Virus record (IMG/VR): IMGVR_UViG_3300027026_000023
Coordinates: 1 to 40,324 of that record
DNA length: 40,324 nt
Reading direction: 5' to 3' (one strand)
Source: a virus
Lineage: Duplodnaviria > Caudoviricetes
Below, in pieces: positions 6,640 through 15,165 of the stretch. Below the pieces are notes generated by a model that had not been told where the DNA came from, ran no database searches, and saw only the letters and a list, made by a program, of their open reading frames with translations. Positions within the stretch are counted from its first letter, which is position 1. Each line of letters begins with the position of its first letter. A program made the translations under genes and the position numbers.

Positions 6640-9455
6640 TCGGCCAGACCGACGTTTCCACCGTTTCATCTGCTCTGGCCCAGGCCAACCGCTATAAGCC
6701 TGCCCTCAGCTATCACCCGCTGGCGAATTTGTTTCCGATGATCGAGGGGCCGGAGCGCGTGGCGTTCCGCCAGTCAATCCGGGATAATGGGCTGCGCCAC
6801 CCGATCGTCATGCATGAGGGCATGATCCTGGATGGGCGCAATCGCTATCGCGAACTGCTCGGCCTGCAGCTGATCGACCATTCCGTCGAATGGCAGGCCT
6901 CGCCCTATTTCCGGCGCTTCGGATCGCTGGAGAGCGATGGCGAGGATCCGTTGAGCTTCGTGCTCGATCTCAACCTCGACCGGCGTCACCTCAATGAAAG
7001 CCAGCGAGCTTCGGTGGCGGCGCGCATGGCGACGATGAAGCGGGGTGAGCGAACCGACCTGAAGGAAGGGACCAGCCTGGGTGGCGGACTGGAAAAGACC
7101 AGCCGCGCGGAAGCCGCTGAACGGCTCAATGTTTCCGAGCGCTCGGTCAACAGCGCCAAGGCGGTGCAGGACAAGGGCGCGCCGGAACTGGTCGATGCGG
7201 TCGATCAGGGCGTGTTGCCGGTCTCGGTGGCGGAAAAGCTTCTGGCGCTGCCAGCCGAAGAGCAGGCCCGTCTGGTCAAGGAAGAGACGCCGGCTGTCAT
7301 CCGCAATGCCGCCAAGAAGGCGCAGCGCAACGAAAAGGAAGCCAAGCTCGCCGCCAAACAGAAGGCGCTGCCGGACAAGCGCTACAATGTGATCTATGAA
7401 GACCCGGCCTGGCGGTTCGAGCCGCGCAGCCGGGAAACCGGGCTCGACCGGGCGGCTGACAATCACTACCCGACCATGTCGCTGGAAGAGCTGCGCAAGC
7501 TGCCCGTGGCCGATATTGCGGCGGCGGATTGTGCCCTCTTCATGTGGGCCACGGTACCGTTCCTGGCCGAAGCGCTGGACCTGATTGCGCGACGCGGCTT
7601 TGTCTACAAGTCGCACTACATCTGGGACAAAACGCCCTGGGATGGTGACGCTGCTGAGGAAAACAAGATTTCCGGCCGGCAGGGCAATGGCTTCTGGAGC
7701 CGGGTCAATCACGAAATCCTGCTGATCGCCACGCGTGGCAATCCACCTTGCCCGGCACCGGGCGACAATCTTCCCTCGGTCTATCGCGAAGTGGCGGGCG
7801 AGCATTCCGCCAAGCCGGAATATTTCGCGCGGATGATCGAGGGTTATTTCCCCAACCTGCCCAAGATCGAGCTCAATGCCCGTGCCCCGCGCGATGGCTG
7901 GGATGTGTGGGGCAATGAGAGCGAGGGGAAGGAGGCGAGGCCGGAAAAGCCAGCCAAGGTTAAGGCGGCAAAGAAGTCCAGGTGGGAGGTCGAGCGCGAG
8001 GCCCGCGACGCCAGGCTGGTCGAGCTCATGAAGCCGATGTCGGATGATCTCGACGAACTCAAGAGAGCCTATGGCGCGGCCATTGATGAACATCACAAGG
8101 CGTTCATGGCGAAGGATGAAGAGGGTGTCGGTCAGGCGCGCGACCTGATGGAAGCCATACTGCTCAAAGCCAATGGCGGTGCCCATTTCGGCAGCTCGGT
8201 CAATGAGCGCCCAGTGGCGGTGAAGGCCGCAGGCGTCGCTCCCTCTGGCGCGGTCCCATTGTGGGGGCAGGTGGGTCACTTCATTGCCGTGGCGGAGGGT
8301 GTCCGCGCCATTGTGACGGTTGGAGACGGTAACAGCATTCACGCCGTCGATCTGGACAAGCCGTTTCCTTCAGAAACCGGGTTTATCTCAATTTCGGCCC
8401 AGGCTGAATTGGGCATGTCGATGGAAGAGTACGGTGCCGCCTGCATTCGCGCCGCGATAGTCTGTTGCAACCGCAAAGACAGTTCCAATCGAGCGGCGCA
8501 ACGCGGGCTGATGATGCCCATGCGGGCCTATCGTCTCGACCCTGATGGTGAGCGAGCCATCGCTCCTGTTGAGCGCGGCGTGGTCCTGCCTCAGAACTGG
8601 GCGATTGGTGAAATCACAGCTGAGCAGCTTCGGGATGACCATGACGCCTGGCTGGCCGAGCTTCGCCAGTTCGACATCAAGAAGCGCAAATGGCCGGAGA
8701 GCCGGCACTTCTACACGCCGATCTTCGCCTTTCGCTACAAGGATGGTGTTCCTGTCGCCGCAGAGCCGGTCAATGACTTCCCGGCAGAGGGCGGCTATGT
8801 GTTTCGTGGACACAACGGTGCCGCCACCGCCTGGATGTACGTCGCAGGGGGCGAGGCGGAGCGCGGCATTCTCCCTATAAATCGCGATGTTCAAGAAGAC
8901 CCTCGGCCGGGCTGGCCGGACACCATGGCCGACCCGGACAAGACCTACGTGACGCCGGCCGAGTTGTTGGAGTTCAAGGTCCTCAAAGCGATCGCTGGTG
9001 GCAAGCAGATCAGTGGCCCAGTGGTCGATAATGCGCTCAAGGTGGGTGACCTCTATCGGGACAATGGCCGCATTGATCTGACGCAGCGAGGCTGGAGCAC
9101 GGCCGAACTTTTGCAGGACGTGATCAGCCGCGCCACTCATGATGGTCTGGTCAATGTTGTAACTCCCGACACCAAGCCCGGTGTGAGCAGCGTTCACACT
9201 GAGGAAAAAAGTGTGAGCAGCGATTACATCGCTGAGTTGGAAAAGGTCTCCCATCTCAAGGGTAAGCTGCATCAGTCGACAGCCGAGCCGGTGATGCGCG
9301 CTGCATATGCCGCCAAAGTGCCACTGGCGCAGTTGGAAGCGGACCTTGGTCACCCCAAGGGCACGATCAAGACCTGGGCGAACCGTCTCAAGCTGACCTC
9401 GATCGCGCGCATGCACGAAGCGCAGCGCCGTTATGGCGCGGAGGCCGCAGAATGA
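6636..9455 (+). CDS. ParB-like/HTH + MT-A70 adenine methyltransferase + KlcB-like + C-terminal HTH fusion (939 aa)
   Basis: Start ATG 6636 (GAGGTG RBS, ATGA overlap). ParB-like N-terminus (HPLANLFP...ILDGRNR...NLDRRHL); MT-A70 motifs (DPAW, HYPTM, LFMWAT, HEILL, HSAKP, KIELNAR..GWDVWGNE); long C-terminal extension. Confidence 0.85.
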   Translation: MIGQTDVSTVSSALAQANRYKPALSYHPLANLFPMIEGPERVAFRQSIRDNGLRHPIVMHEGMILDGRNRYRELLGLQLIDHSVEWQASPYFRRFGSLESDGEDPLSFVLDLNLDRRHLNESQRASVAARMATMKRGERTDLKEGTSLGGGLEKTSRAEAAERLNVSERSVNSAKAVQDKGAPELVDAVDQGVLPVSVAEKLLALPAEEQARLVKEETPAVIRNAAKKAQRNEKEAKLAAKQKALPDKRYNVIYEDPAWRFEPRSRETGLDRAADNHYPTMSLEELRKLPVADIAAADCALFMWATVPFLAEALDLIARRGFVYKSHYIWDKTPWDGDAAEENKISGRQGNGFWSRVNHEILLIATRGNPPCPAPGDNLPSVYREVAGEHSAKPEYFARMIEGYFPNLPKIELNARAPRDGWDVWGNESEGKEARPEKPAKVKAAKKSRWEVEREARDARLVELMKPMSDDLDELKRAYGAAIDEHHKAFMAKDEEGVGQARDLMEAILLKANGGAHFGSSVNERPVAVKAAGVAPSGAVPLWGQVGHFIAVAEGVRAIVTVGDGNSIHAVDLDKPFPSETGFISISAQAELGMSMEEYGAACIRAAIVCCNRKDSSNRAAQRGLMMPMRAYRLDPDGERAIAPVERGVVLPQNWAIGEITAEQLRDDHDAWLAELRQFDIKKRKWPESRHFYTPIFAFRYKDGVPVAAEPVNDFPAEGGYVFRGHNGAATAWMYVAGGEAERGILPINRDVQEDPRPGWPDTMADPDKTYVTPAELLEFKVLKAIAGGKQISGPVVDNALKVGDLYRDNGRIDLTQRGWSTAELLQDVISRATHDGLVNVVTPDTKPGVSSVHTEEKSVSSDYIAELEKVSHLKGKLHQSTAEPVMRAAYAAKVPLAQLEADLGHPKGTIKTWANRLKLTSIARMHEAQRRYGAEAAE

Positions 9456-9682
9456 CGCGACCGCTTCCCCATATCCGAGAGCCGGAAGTCACCGCCATGG
9501 CGGTGTTTTGCCCCAATGGCGTGGCCTTCCTTGAGGTCGGCTTTGCCGGGCACCCTGACATTCCCTTCACCCGGGAGCAGGTCGCCCAACTCAAGGAGAA
9601 GATTGAGAATTTCGAGCGGCAGTGTCTGTTCGAAGACGGGCGTCCCGATGAGCGGCACCGCATTCACAGGGAGGCCCTATGA
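9452..9682 (+). CDS. Hypothetical protein (76 aa)
   Basis: GGAGG RBS and ATGA coupling at both ends. Confidence 0.7.
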   Translation: MTRPLPHIREPEVTAMAVFCPNGVAFLEVGFAGHPDIPFTREQVAQLKEKIENFERQCLFEDGRPDERHRIHREAL

Positions 9683-9903
9683 GCCAGATCATCACCCTTG
9701 GCGCCCATCACCATGGCCCGCATGTGGATTGGCTCCTCGCTTTGGCCGAGCGCTGCGGCGCGCAGGTCGTGCGGGTGCCTCATGCCGATGAGCCGGTGGA
9801 TGCCGACGCGCTCTGCGAGCTGGCGACCGTGCCGGTCAAGGTGACCCGGCGCGTTCCCTATGCCGGCAAACCGACCTTCTGTGGTGGAGAGGTGCGGCCA
9901 TGA
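9679..9903 (+). CDS. Hypothetical protein (74 aa)
   Basis: GGGAGG RBS and ATGA coupling at both ends. Confidence 0.7.
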   Translation: MSQIITLGAHHHGPHVDWLLALAERCGAQVVRVPHADEPVDADALCELATVPVKVTRRVPYAGKPTFCGGEVRP

Positions 9904-12416
9904 ACGCCATACCCTCCTATCGGCAATTCCTGGAAGCCAAGGTGCGCATGGCGCCTTCGATCGGCTTCGAGGTGGCTCTGGACGATATCCATCCCATTCT
10001 CAAAGGACATCAGCGGGCCATTGTGCAATGGGCGGTGCGCGGCGGCAGGCGGGGCATGTTCATGGCCTTTGGCCTGGGCAAGTCGGTCACCCAACTCGAA
10101 ACCGTGCGGCTGATTCGCAAATTTGCCGGTGGCATGGGGCTGATCATCTGCCCGCTCGGGGTGCGCCAGGAATTCAAGCGCGATGCCGCCATGCTGGGCA
10201 TCGAAACGCGCTTCATCCGCTCGGCCGAAGAGCTCGATCCGGATTTCGATGGCATCTACCTGACCAATTACGAAACAGTGCGGGACGGCAAGCTGGACCC
10301 GAACCTGTTCACGGTGGTGTCGCTCGATGAAGCCAGCGTGCTGCGCTCTTTCGGGTCCAAGACCTATCAGACCTTCCTGTCATTGTTCGATGGGGTGCGG
10401 TTCCGCTTTGTGGCGACGGCCACGCCCTCGCCCAACCGCTACAAGGAACTGATCCATTATGGCGGGTTCCTGGGCATCATGGACACAGGGCAGGCCCTGA
10501 CCCGCTTCTTCCAGCGGGATTCCACCAAGGCGAACAATCTCACGCTCTATCCGCACAAGGAAAAGGAGTTCTGGCTCTGGCTCAACAGCTGGGCCGTGAT
10601 GCTGCAGAAGCCATCCGACCTCGGCTTTTCCGATGAGGGCTATGAGCTGCCCCCGCTCAATGTGGTCTATCACGAGGTGCAGACCAATTTGGCCGATGGC
10701 GGTGTGGACCGCGATGGGCAGATGCGGCTGATGCGCGACAGTGTCACCGGCGTTGTCGATGCAGCGCGGGAGAAGCGCGACACGCTCATGACGCGCGTGG
10801 CCAAAATGGTCGAGATCGTGGGCGCTGCGCCCAAGGATCACTTCATTCTCTGGCACGATCTGGAAGATGAGCGCCGGGCGATCTCCGCCGCCGTGCCGGA
10901 GGCGGTGTCGGTCTATGGCACTCAGGACCTGGACGCCCGCGAGCAGGCCATTATCGATTTTTCCGAAGGGCGGTTCCGCATCCTTTCGGCCAAGCCGGTG
11001 ATTGCCGGGTCCGGCTGCAATTTCCAGCGGCATTGCCACAAGGCCGTGTTCTTGGGCATCGGCTTTAAGTTCAACGACTTCATTCAGGCGGTCCACCGCA
11101 TTCAGCGCTTCCTCCAGAGCCAGCCGGTCGAAATCCACATCATCTATGCCGAAAGCGAGCGGGAGGTGCTGCGGGACCTGCAAGCCAAATGGGCGCAGCA
11201 CAACACCATGGTGGAGAACATGACCCAAATCATCCGGGAGCATGGGCTCTCGACCCTGACCATGACCGATATCCTGACCCGATCGATCGGGGTGGAGCGG
11301 GTGGAAGCTTCAGGGCAGGGCTGGCTGGTCGCCAATAATGACTGCGTCGAAGAATGCGGCCTGATTGATGACAACAGCGTCGACCTGGTGGTGACCTCGA
11401 TCCCCTTTTCGAACCATTTCGAATATACGCCCAGCTATAATGACTTCGGCCATACCGATGGCGATGATCATTTCTTCGAGCAGATGGATCACCTGACCCC
11501 GCATCTGCTCCGGATCCTGGCGCCCGGCCGGCTGGCCTGTGTGCATGTCAAGGATCGTATCCTCTTTGGCTCGGTCACCGGCTATGGCACGCCCACGGTC
11601 AACCCGTTCCATGCCAAGACGCTGTTCCACTACATGGCCCATGGCTTTGCCTATATGGGCATGATCCAGGTGCAGACCGATGTGGTGCGGGAGAACAACC
11701 AGACCTATCGGCTGACCTATAAGGAGATGCTGAAAGACGGCACCAAGATGGGCGTCGGCTCGCCCGAATATGTGCTGATTTTCCGCAAGCTCCCGACCGA
11801 CCGGACGAAGGCCTATGCCGACACGCGCGTGGTTAAGACGCCGGCGGAATATTCGCTCTCGGAATGGCAGATCGATGCGCACAGCTTTTGGCGATCATCG
11901 GGCAATCGGCTGCTGAGCCCGCAAGAGCTGGCGGCGCTCAAGCCTGATGTGCTGGTCAAGCTCTTCCCACAGCAAACCCTGCAGCAAATCTACGATTTCA
12001 GGGCGCATGTCGCGACTGGCGAGGCCATGGGGAACAAGCTCTCCAAGGAATATATGTCGCTGGCGCCGGGCAGTGCCCGCGGTGATCTCTGGACCGATAT
12101 CAGCCGCATGAACACGCTCAACCTGCAGCAAACACAGAAGAAGCGCGAAAAGCATGTCTGCCCGCTCCAGATCGACATCGTCGAGCGCCTGGTGCGCCGC
12201 TATTCGAACAAGGGCGATCTGGTTTTCGATCCCTTTGGCGGGCTCTTCACAGTGCCCTGGGTGGCCCTGGGCATGGGCCGTCGCGGCCGGGCGGCAGAGC
12301 TTAATCCTGACTATTTCGCGGATGGTGTCCGCTACCTCGCCGGCCGGGAGCGCGAGGTGGCGCTGCCGACGCTGTTTGATCTGATGGACATGGAAGATGG
12401 GGACATGGTGGCATGA
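9900..12416 (+). CDS. SNF2-like helicase fused to beta-class N4-C/N6-A DNA methyltransferase
   Basis: Walker A FGLGKS, DEAS, TATPSPN, QAVHRIQRF; then motif IV-like TSIPF preceding motif I DPFGG, with HVCPLQ. Confidence 0.92.
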   Translation: MNAIPSYRQFLEAKVRMAPSIGFEVALDDIHPILKGHQRAIVQWAVRGGRRGMFMAFGLGKSVTQLETVRLIRKFAGGMGLIICPLGVRQEFKRDAAMLGIETRFIRSAEELDPDFDGIYLTNYETVRDGKLDPNLFTVVSLDEASVLRSFGSKTYQTFLSLFDGVRFRFVATATPSPNRYKELIHYGGFLGIMDTGQALTRFFQRDSTKANNLTLYPHKEKEFWLWLNSWAVMLQKPSDLGFSDEGYELPPLNVVYHEVQTNLADGGVDRDGQMRLMRDSVTGVVDAAREKRDTLMTRVAKMVEIVGAAPKDHFILWHDLEDERRAISAAVPEAVSVYGTQDLDAREQAIIDFSEGRFRILSAKPVIAGSGCNFQRHCHKAVFLGIGFKFNDFIQAVHRIQRFLQSQPVEIHIIYAESEREVLRDLQAKWAQHNTMVENMTQIIREHGLSTLTMTDILTRSIGVERVEASGQGWLVANNDCVEECGLIDDNSVDLVVTSIPFSNHFEYTPSYNDFGHTDGDDHFFEQMDHLTPHLLRILAPGRLACVHVKDRILFGSVTGYGTPTVNPFHAKTLFHYMAHGFAYMGMIQVQTDVVRENNQTYRLTYKEMLKDGTKMGVGSPEYVLIFRKLPTDRTKAYADTRVVKTPAEYSLSEWQIDAHSFWRSSGNRLLSPQELAALKPDVLVKLFPQQTLQQIYDFRAHVATGEAMGNKLSKEYMSLAPGSARGDLWTDISRMNTLNLQQTQKKREKHVCPLQIDIVERLVRRYSNKGDLVFDPFGGLFTVPWVALGMGRRGRAAELNPDYFADGVRYLAGREREVALPTLFDLMDMEDGDMVA

Positions 12417-12844
12417 GTGATCTTGATTGTGCACGGGCACTTACGCGCAGCATGGGTCGTGCCGCCGATATGCTCGAAACCGGCGCGAAGATGCTGGTGG
12501 CCGAGGATGATCTGGCCGATGCGCATCATACCCTCGATGTGTCGCGTTCGGTGATGGCCGATGTGGCCAGCGATCTTCGGCTGGCGATGAAGCTGGGAGC
12601 GGTGGCGGACCCGGTGACCATGGAGCCGATCCCGATCGCGGCGGCCAGGGAAATTGCGCAGCGCTACGGTTATGACCAGGTGATCATCGTGGCGCGGCGG
12701 TGCCACGACACCCCAGAGCCGCATGGCGAGCATGTCACGACCTATGGGCGCAATGCGGAGCATTGTTCTGTCGCGGCGCGCATCGGAAATTTCCTCAAGT
12801 TCAAGGTGATGGGGTGGGTGGAAGAGGAGCGGCATCATGGCTGA
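12413..12844 (+). CDS. Hypothetical phage protein (143 aa)
   Basis: ATGA coupling; strong GC3 codon bias; compact alpha/beta C-terminal half. Confidence 0.75.
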   Translation: MSDLDCARALTRSMGRAADMLETGAKMLVAEDDLADAHHTLDVSRSVMADVASDLRLAMKLGAVADPVTMEPIPIAAAREIAQRYGYDQVIIVARRCHDTPEPHGEHVTTYGRNAEHCSVAARIGNFLKFKVMGWVEEERHHG

Positions 12845-13268
12845 CCTTTTCATCCCAAAGCCTGCCGCCCTAGGCAAAACGACGTCCCTGCTGCCAGAAC
12901 AGGAGCGCAGGAGCGTGGCGTCTTCGGGCGCAGAGATTGCCCGGTTGTTGCGCTCGGTGCGGCTCTCGGTAGCTGTCGAGAGCGAAGCACAAGCCGAAAT
13001 CGCTGACGCCTTGAAACGGGCTGGTCTGCCGGCCGTGCGCGAAGTCATTCTCGATGCCCAGAACCGCATCGATCTTATGGTTGCCGATATCGGGATCGAG
13101 GTGAAGGTCAAGGGTGATCGCCGGGCGATCTATCGGCAGTTGCGGCGCTATTGCGAATTCCCGCAGCTCGCCGAGCTAGTGCTGGTCACCGGCCGGGCCA
13201 TGAGCCTGCCGGCGGAAATCAATGGCCGGGCCATCCATCTGGTTTCGATGGGGAGGGCCTGGCTGTGA
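12837..13268 (+). CDS. PD-(D/E)XK nuclease-fold protein
   Basis: E...RID-x7-IEVK...QLRRY pattern; GAGGAG RBS. Confidence 0.8.
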   Translation: MADLFIPKPAALGKTTSLLPEQERRSVASSGAEIARLLRSVRLSVAVESEAQAEIADALKRAGLPAVREVILDAQNRIDLMVADIGIEVKVKGDRRAIYRQLRRYCEFPQLAELVLVTGRAMSLPAEINGRAIHLVSMGRAWL

Positions 13269-13471
13269 AGCTGTTTGAAGACGCACATGCGGCATGTTCC
13301 GGAAACTGGGACCAGGTGCAGCTGGGCAGGGACAACCGCGATGCGGTCAGGTCTTACTTCAAATCCCATCTATGCGCCACCCAACGCGAATGCGCGGCGG
13401 CATTGGGCCTGTCCGTTACGGCGGTAGGGCGTCACGTGAAAGCAATACGAGCAGAGTGGAGGCGAGGGTGA
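13265..13471 (+). CDS. Small HTH protein (68 aa)
   Basis: GTG start overlapping the upstream stop, GGGAGG RBS; ATQRECAAALGLSVTAVGRHVKAI HTH. Confidence 0.8.
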   Translation: MKLFEDAHAACSGNWDQVQLGRDNRDAVRSYFKSHLCATQRECAAALGLSVTAVGRHVKAIRAEWRRG

Positions 13472-15165
13472 CAACAATCGCTGTTCCGTCCCGTACCTTC
13501 GGTGATCTCGCGTGGGATGCTGGTTTCTGGCAGTTGCGTCGCCTGCCGCCGCATGTGTCGTTGAAGTTCAAGTCCATGTTCGCCCAGGTGGCCAAGACCC
13601 GGGCGGGGGAATTCGATCTCAAGGATAATCCGGCCGTGGCAGCGGACCTGCTCTGGTTCATGCAGCGCTTTCCCATGGCGATGTCATCCGATGCACGGGA
13701 GCGCCTAGAGCAGTCCTATCAGCGCGGGCTCGACCAGGCGGCCGAGGTGCGCCGCATCATGGCAGAGGATTGGGTTCCGGCGGCATTACCGGCCTTCCGG
13801 CCGGACCGGGCGCCTTACCCATTTCAGGCACAGAATGGCGCCCTAGGCGCGCGCCTGGGGCGCTTGCTGATCATGGATGATGTTGGGTTGGGCAAGACCA
13901 TCTCCAGCCTCGCTGCCATCGCAACGAGTGGCCATGTGCCAGCGGCCATCGTGGTGCAGGCGCATCTGATCGAACAGTGGGTGGATGAATACATCACGCC
14001 CTTCACCACCATGACCGCTCATATCATCAAGGGCACCAAGCCCTATGAGCTGCCCAAGGCCGATCTCTTCCTGTTCAAATACTCCAACATCGCCGGATGG
14101 GTCGATATTGCCGCGACAGGCGTGTTCAAGGCCGTTGTGTTCGACGAGGTGCAGGAGCTGCGCCACGGCACGGAAACGTCGAAAGGTTCCGCGGCGCAGG
14201 TGTTCAGCGAGCATGCCCAGATGCGGATCGGGCTGACCGCAACGCCGATCTACAACTACGGCGGCGAAATCTGGAACGTGGTGGAAGCGATCGCGCCAGG
14301 CGCATTGGGCACCTATGGCGAGTTCTGCCTTGAATGGTGCATCGGTGGCGGACCGAATGCGGTCGTCCGCAACCCCGATGCCCTTGGCGCCTATCTCAGG
14401 GATGAAGCCATTGCCGTCCGTCATGTCGAAAGCGACGTCGGCCGGCAGATGCCGCCGGTCAATGTGATCGTGCACGATATTGAGTTCGACCAGGCCGCCT
14501 CGGCGGATTTCGAGGAAGAGACCAAAGTACTGGCACTCAAGGTGCTGCACGGAAGCTTCATGGAGTCCGGGCAGGCCGCGCGCGAACTCGATATCCGCAT
14601 GCGCCAGGTCACAGGGGTCGCCAAGGCGCGCGGCGTCGCAGCCCTGGTGCGGTTGTTGGTGGAGAGTGGCGAGAAGGTGCTGCTGGCCGGGTGGCACCGC
14701 GAGGTCTATGACATCTGGCTCAGCGAGCTGAGGGACCTGTTTCCGGTCATGTATACCGGAACCGAGACCGGCAAGGGCAAGCTCAAGGCCAAACGTGCCT
14801 TCATGGATGGCACGGCCAAGGTGATGATCATCTCGCTGCGCTCCGGAGCTGGTCTCGACGGCTTGCAACACTCCTGCCGGACCGTCGTGTTTGGCGAGCT
14901 GGACTGGTCGCCGCAAGTGCACAAGCAGGTCATCGGGCGTCTGCGCCGCCCTGGGCAGGGTGGGCAGGTCGATGCGATTTACACCCACACCAATGGCGGT
15001 TCCGACCCCGTCATCATGGAGATGCTGGGGCTCAAAACGAGCCAATCGCAGGGCATTACCGACCCGTTCAGTGGCACCACGCAGCAGCATAGCGACGATA
15101 GCAGGATTAAGCGGCTGGCGGCCAACTACTTGGCCCGCTTCGAAAGTGAGGCGGCCGCGTCGTGA
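13468..15165 (+). CDS. Stand-alone SNF2-family helicase/ATPase
   Basis: DDVGLGKT, DEVQ, LTATPIYN, SGAGLDGLQ, QVIGRLRRPGQ; start GTG 13468 with GGAGG RBS. Confidence 0.9.
   Translation: MTTIAVPSRTFGDLAWDAGFWQLRRLPPHVSLKFKSMFAQVAKTRAGEFDLKDNPAVAADLLWFMQRFPMAMSSDARERLEQSYQRGLDQAAEVRRIMAEDWVPAALPAFRPDRAPYPFQAQNGALGARLGRLLIMDDVGLGKTISSLAAIATSGHVPAAIVVQAHLIEQWVDEYITPFTTMTAHIIKGTKPYELPKADLFLFKYSNIAGWVDIAATGVFKAVVFDEVQELRHGTETSKGSAAQVFSEHAQMRIGLTATPIYNYGGEIWNVVEAIAPGALGTYGEFCLEWCIGGGPNAVVRNPDALGAYLRDEAIAVRHVESDVGRQMPPVNVIVHDIEFDQAASADFEEETKVLALKVLHGSFMESGQAARELDIRMRQVTGVAKARGVAALVRLLVESGEKVLLAGWHREVYDIWLSELRDLFPVMYTGTETGKGKLKAKRAFMDGTAKVMIISLRSGAGLDGLQHSCRTVVFGELDWSPQVHKQVIGRLRRPGQGGQVDAIYTHTNGGSDPVIMEMLGLKTSQSQGITDPFSGTTQQHSDDSRIKRLAANYLARFESEAAAS

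Noticed and set aside
6774-8342. Long antisense ORFs (also 971-1981, 13843-15090, 22905-24254, 25067-26284, 30562-31653, 33494-34618)
   Set aside because: Shadow frames of high-GC coding genes; no motifs or RBS support.
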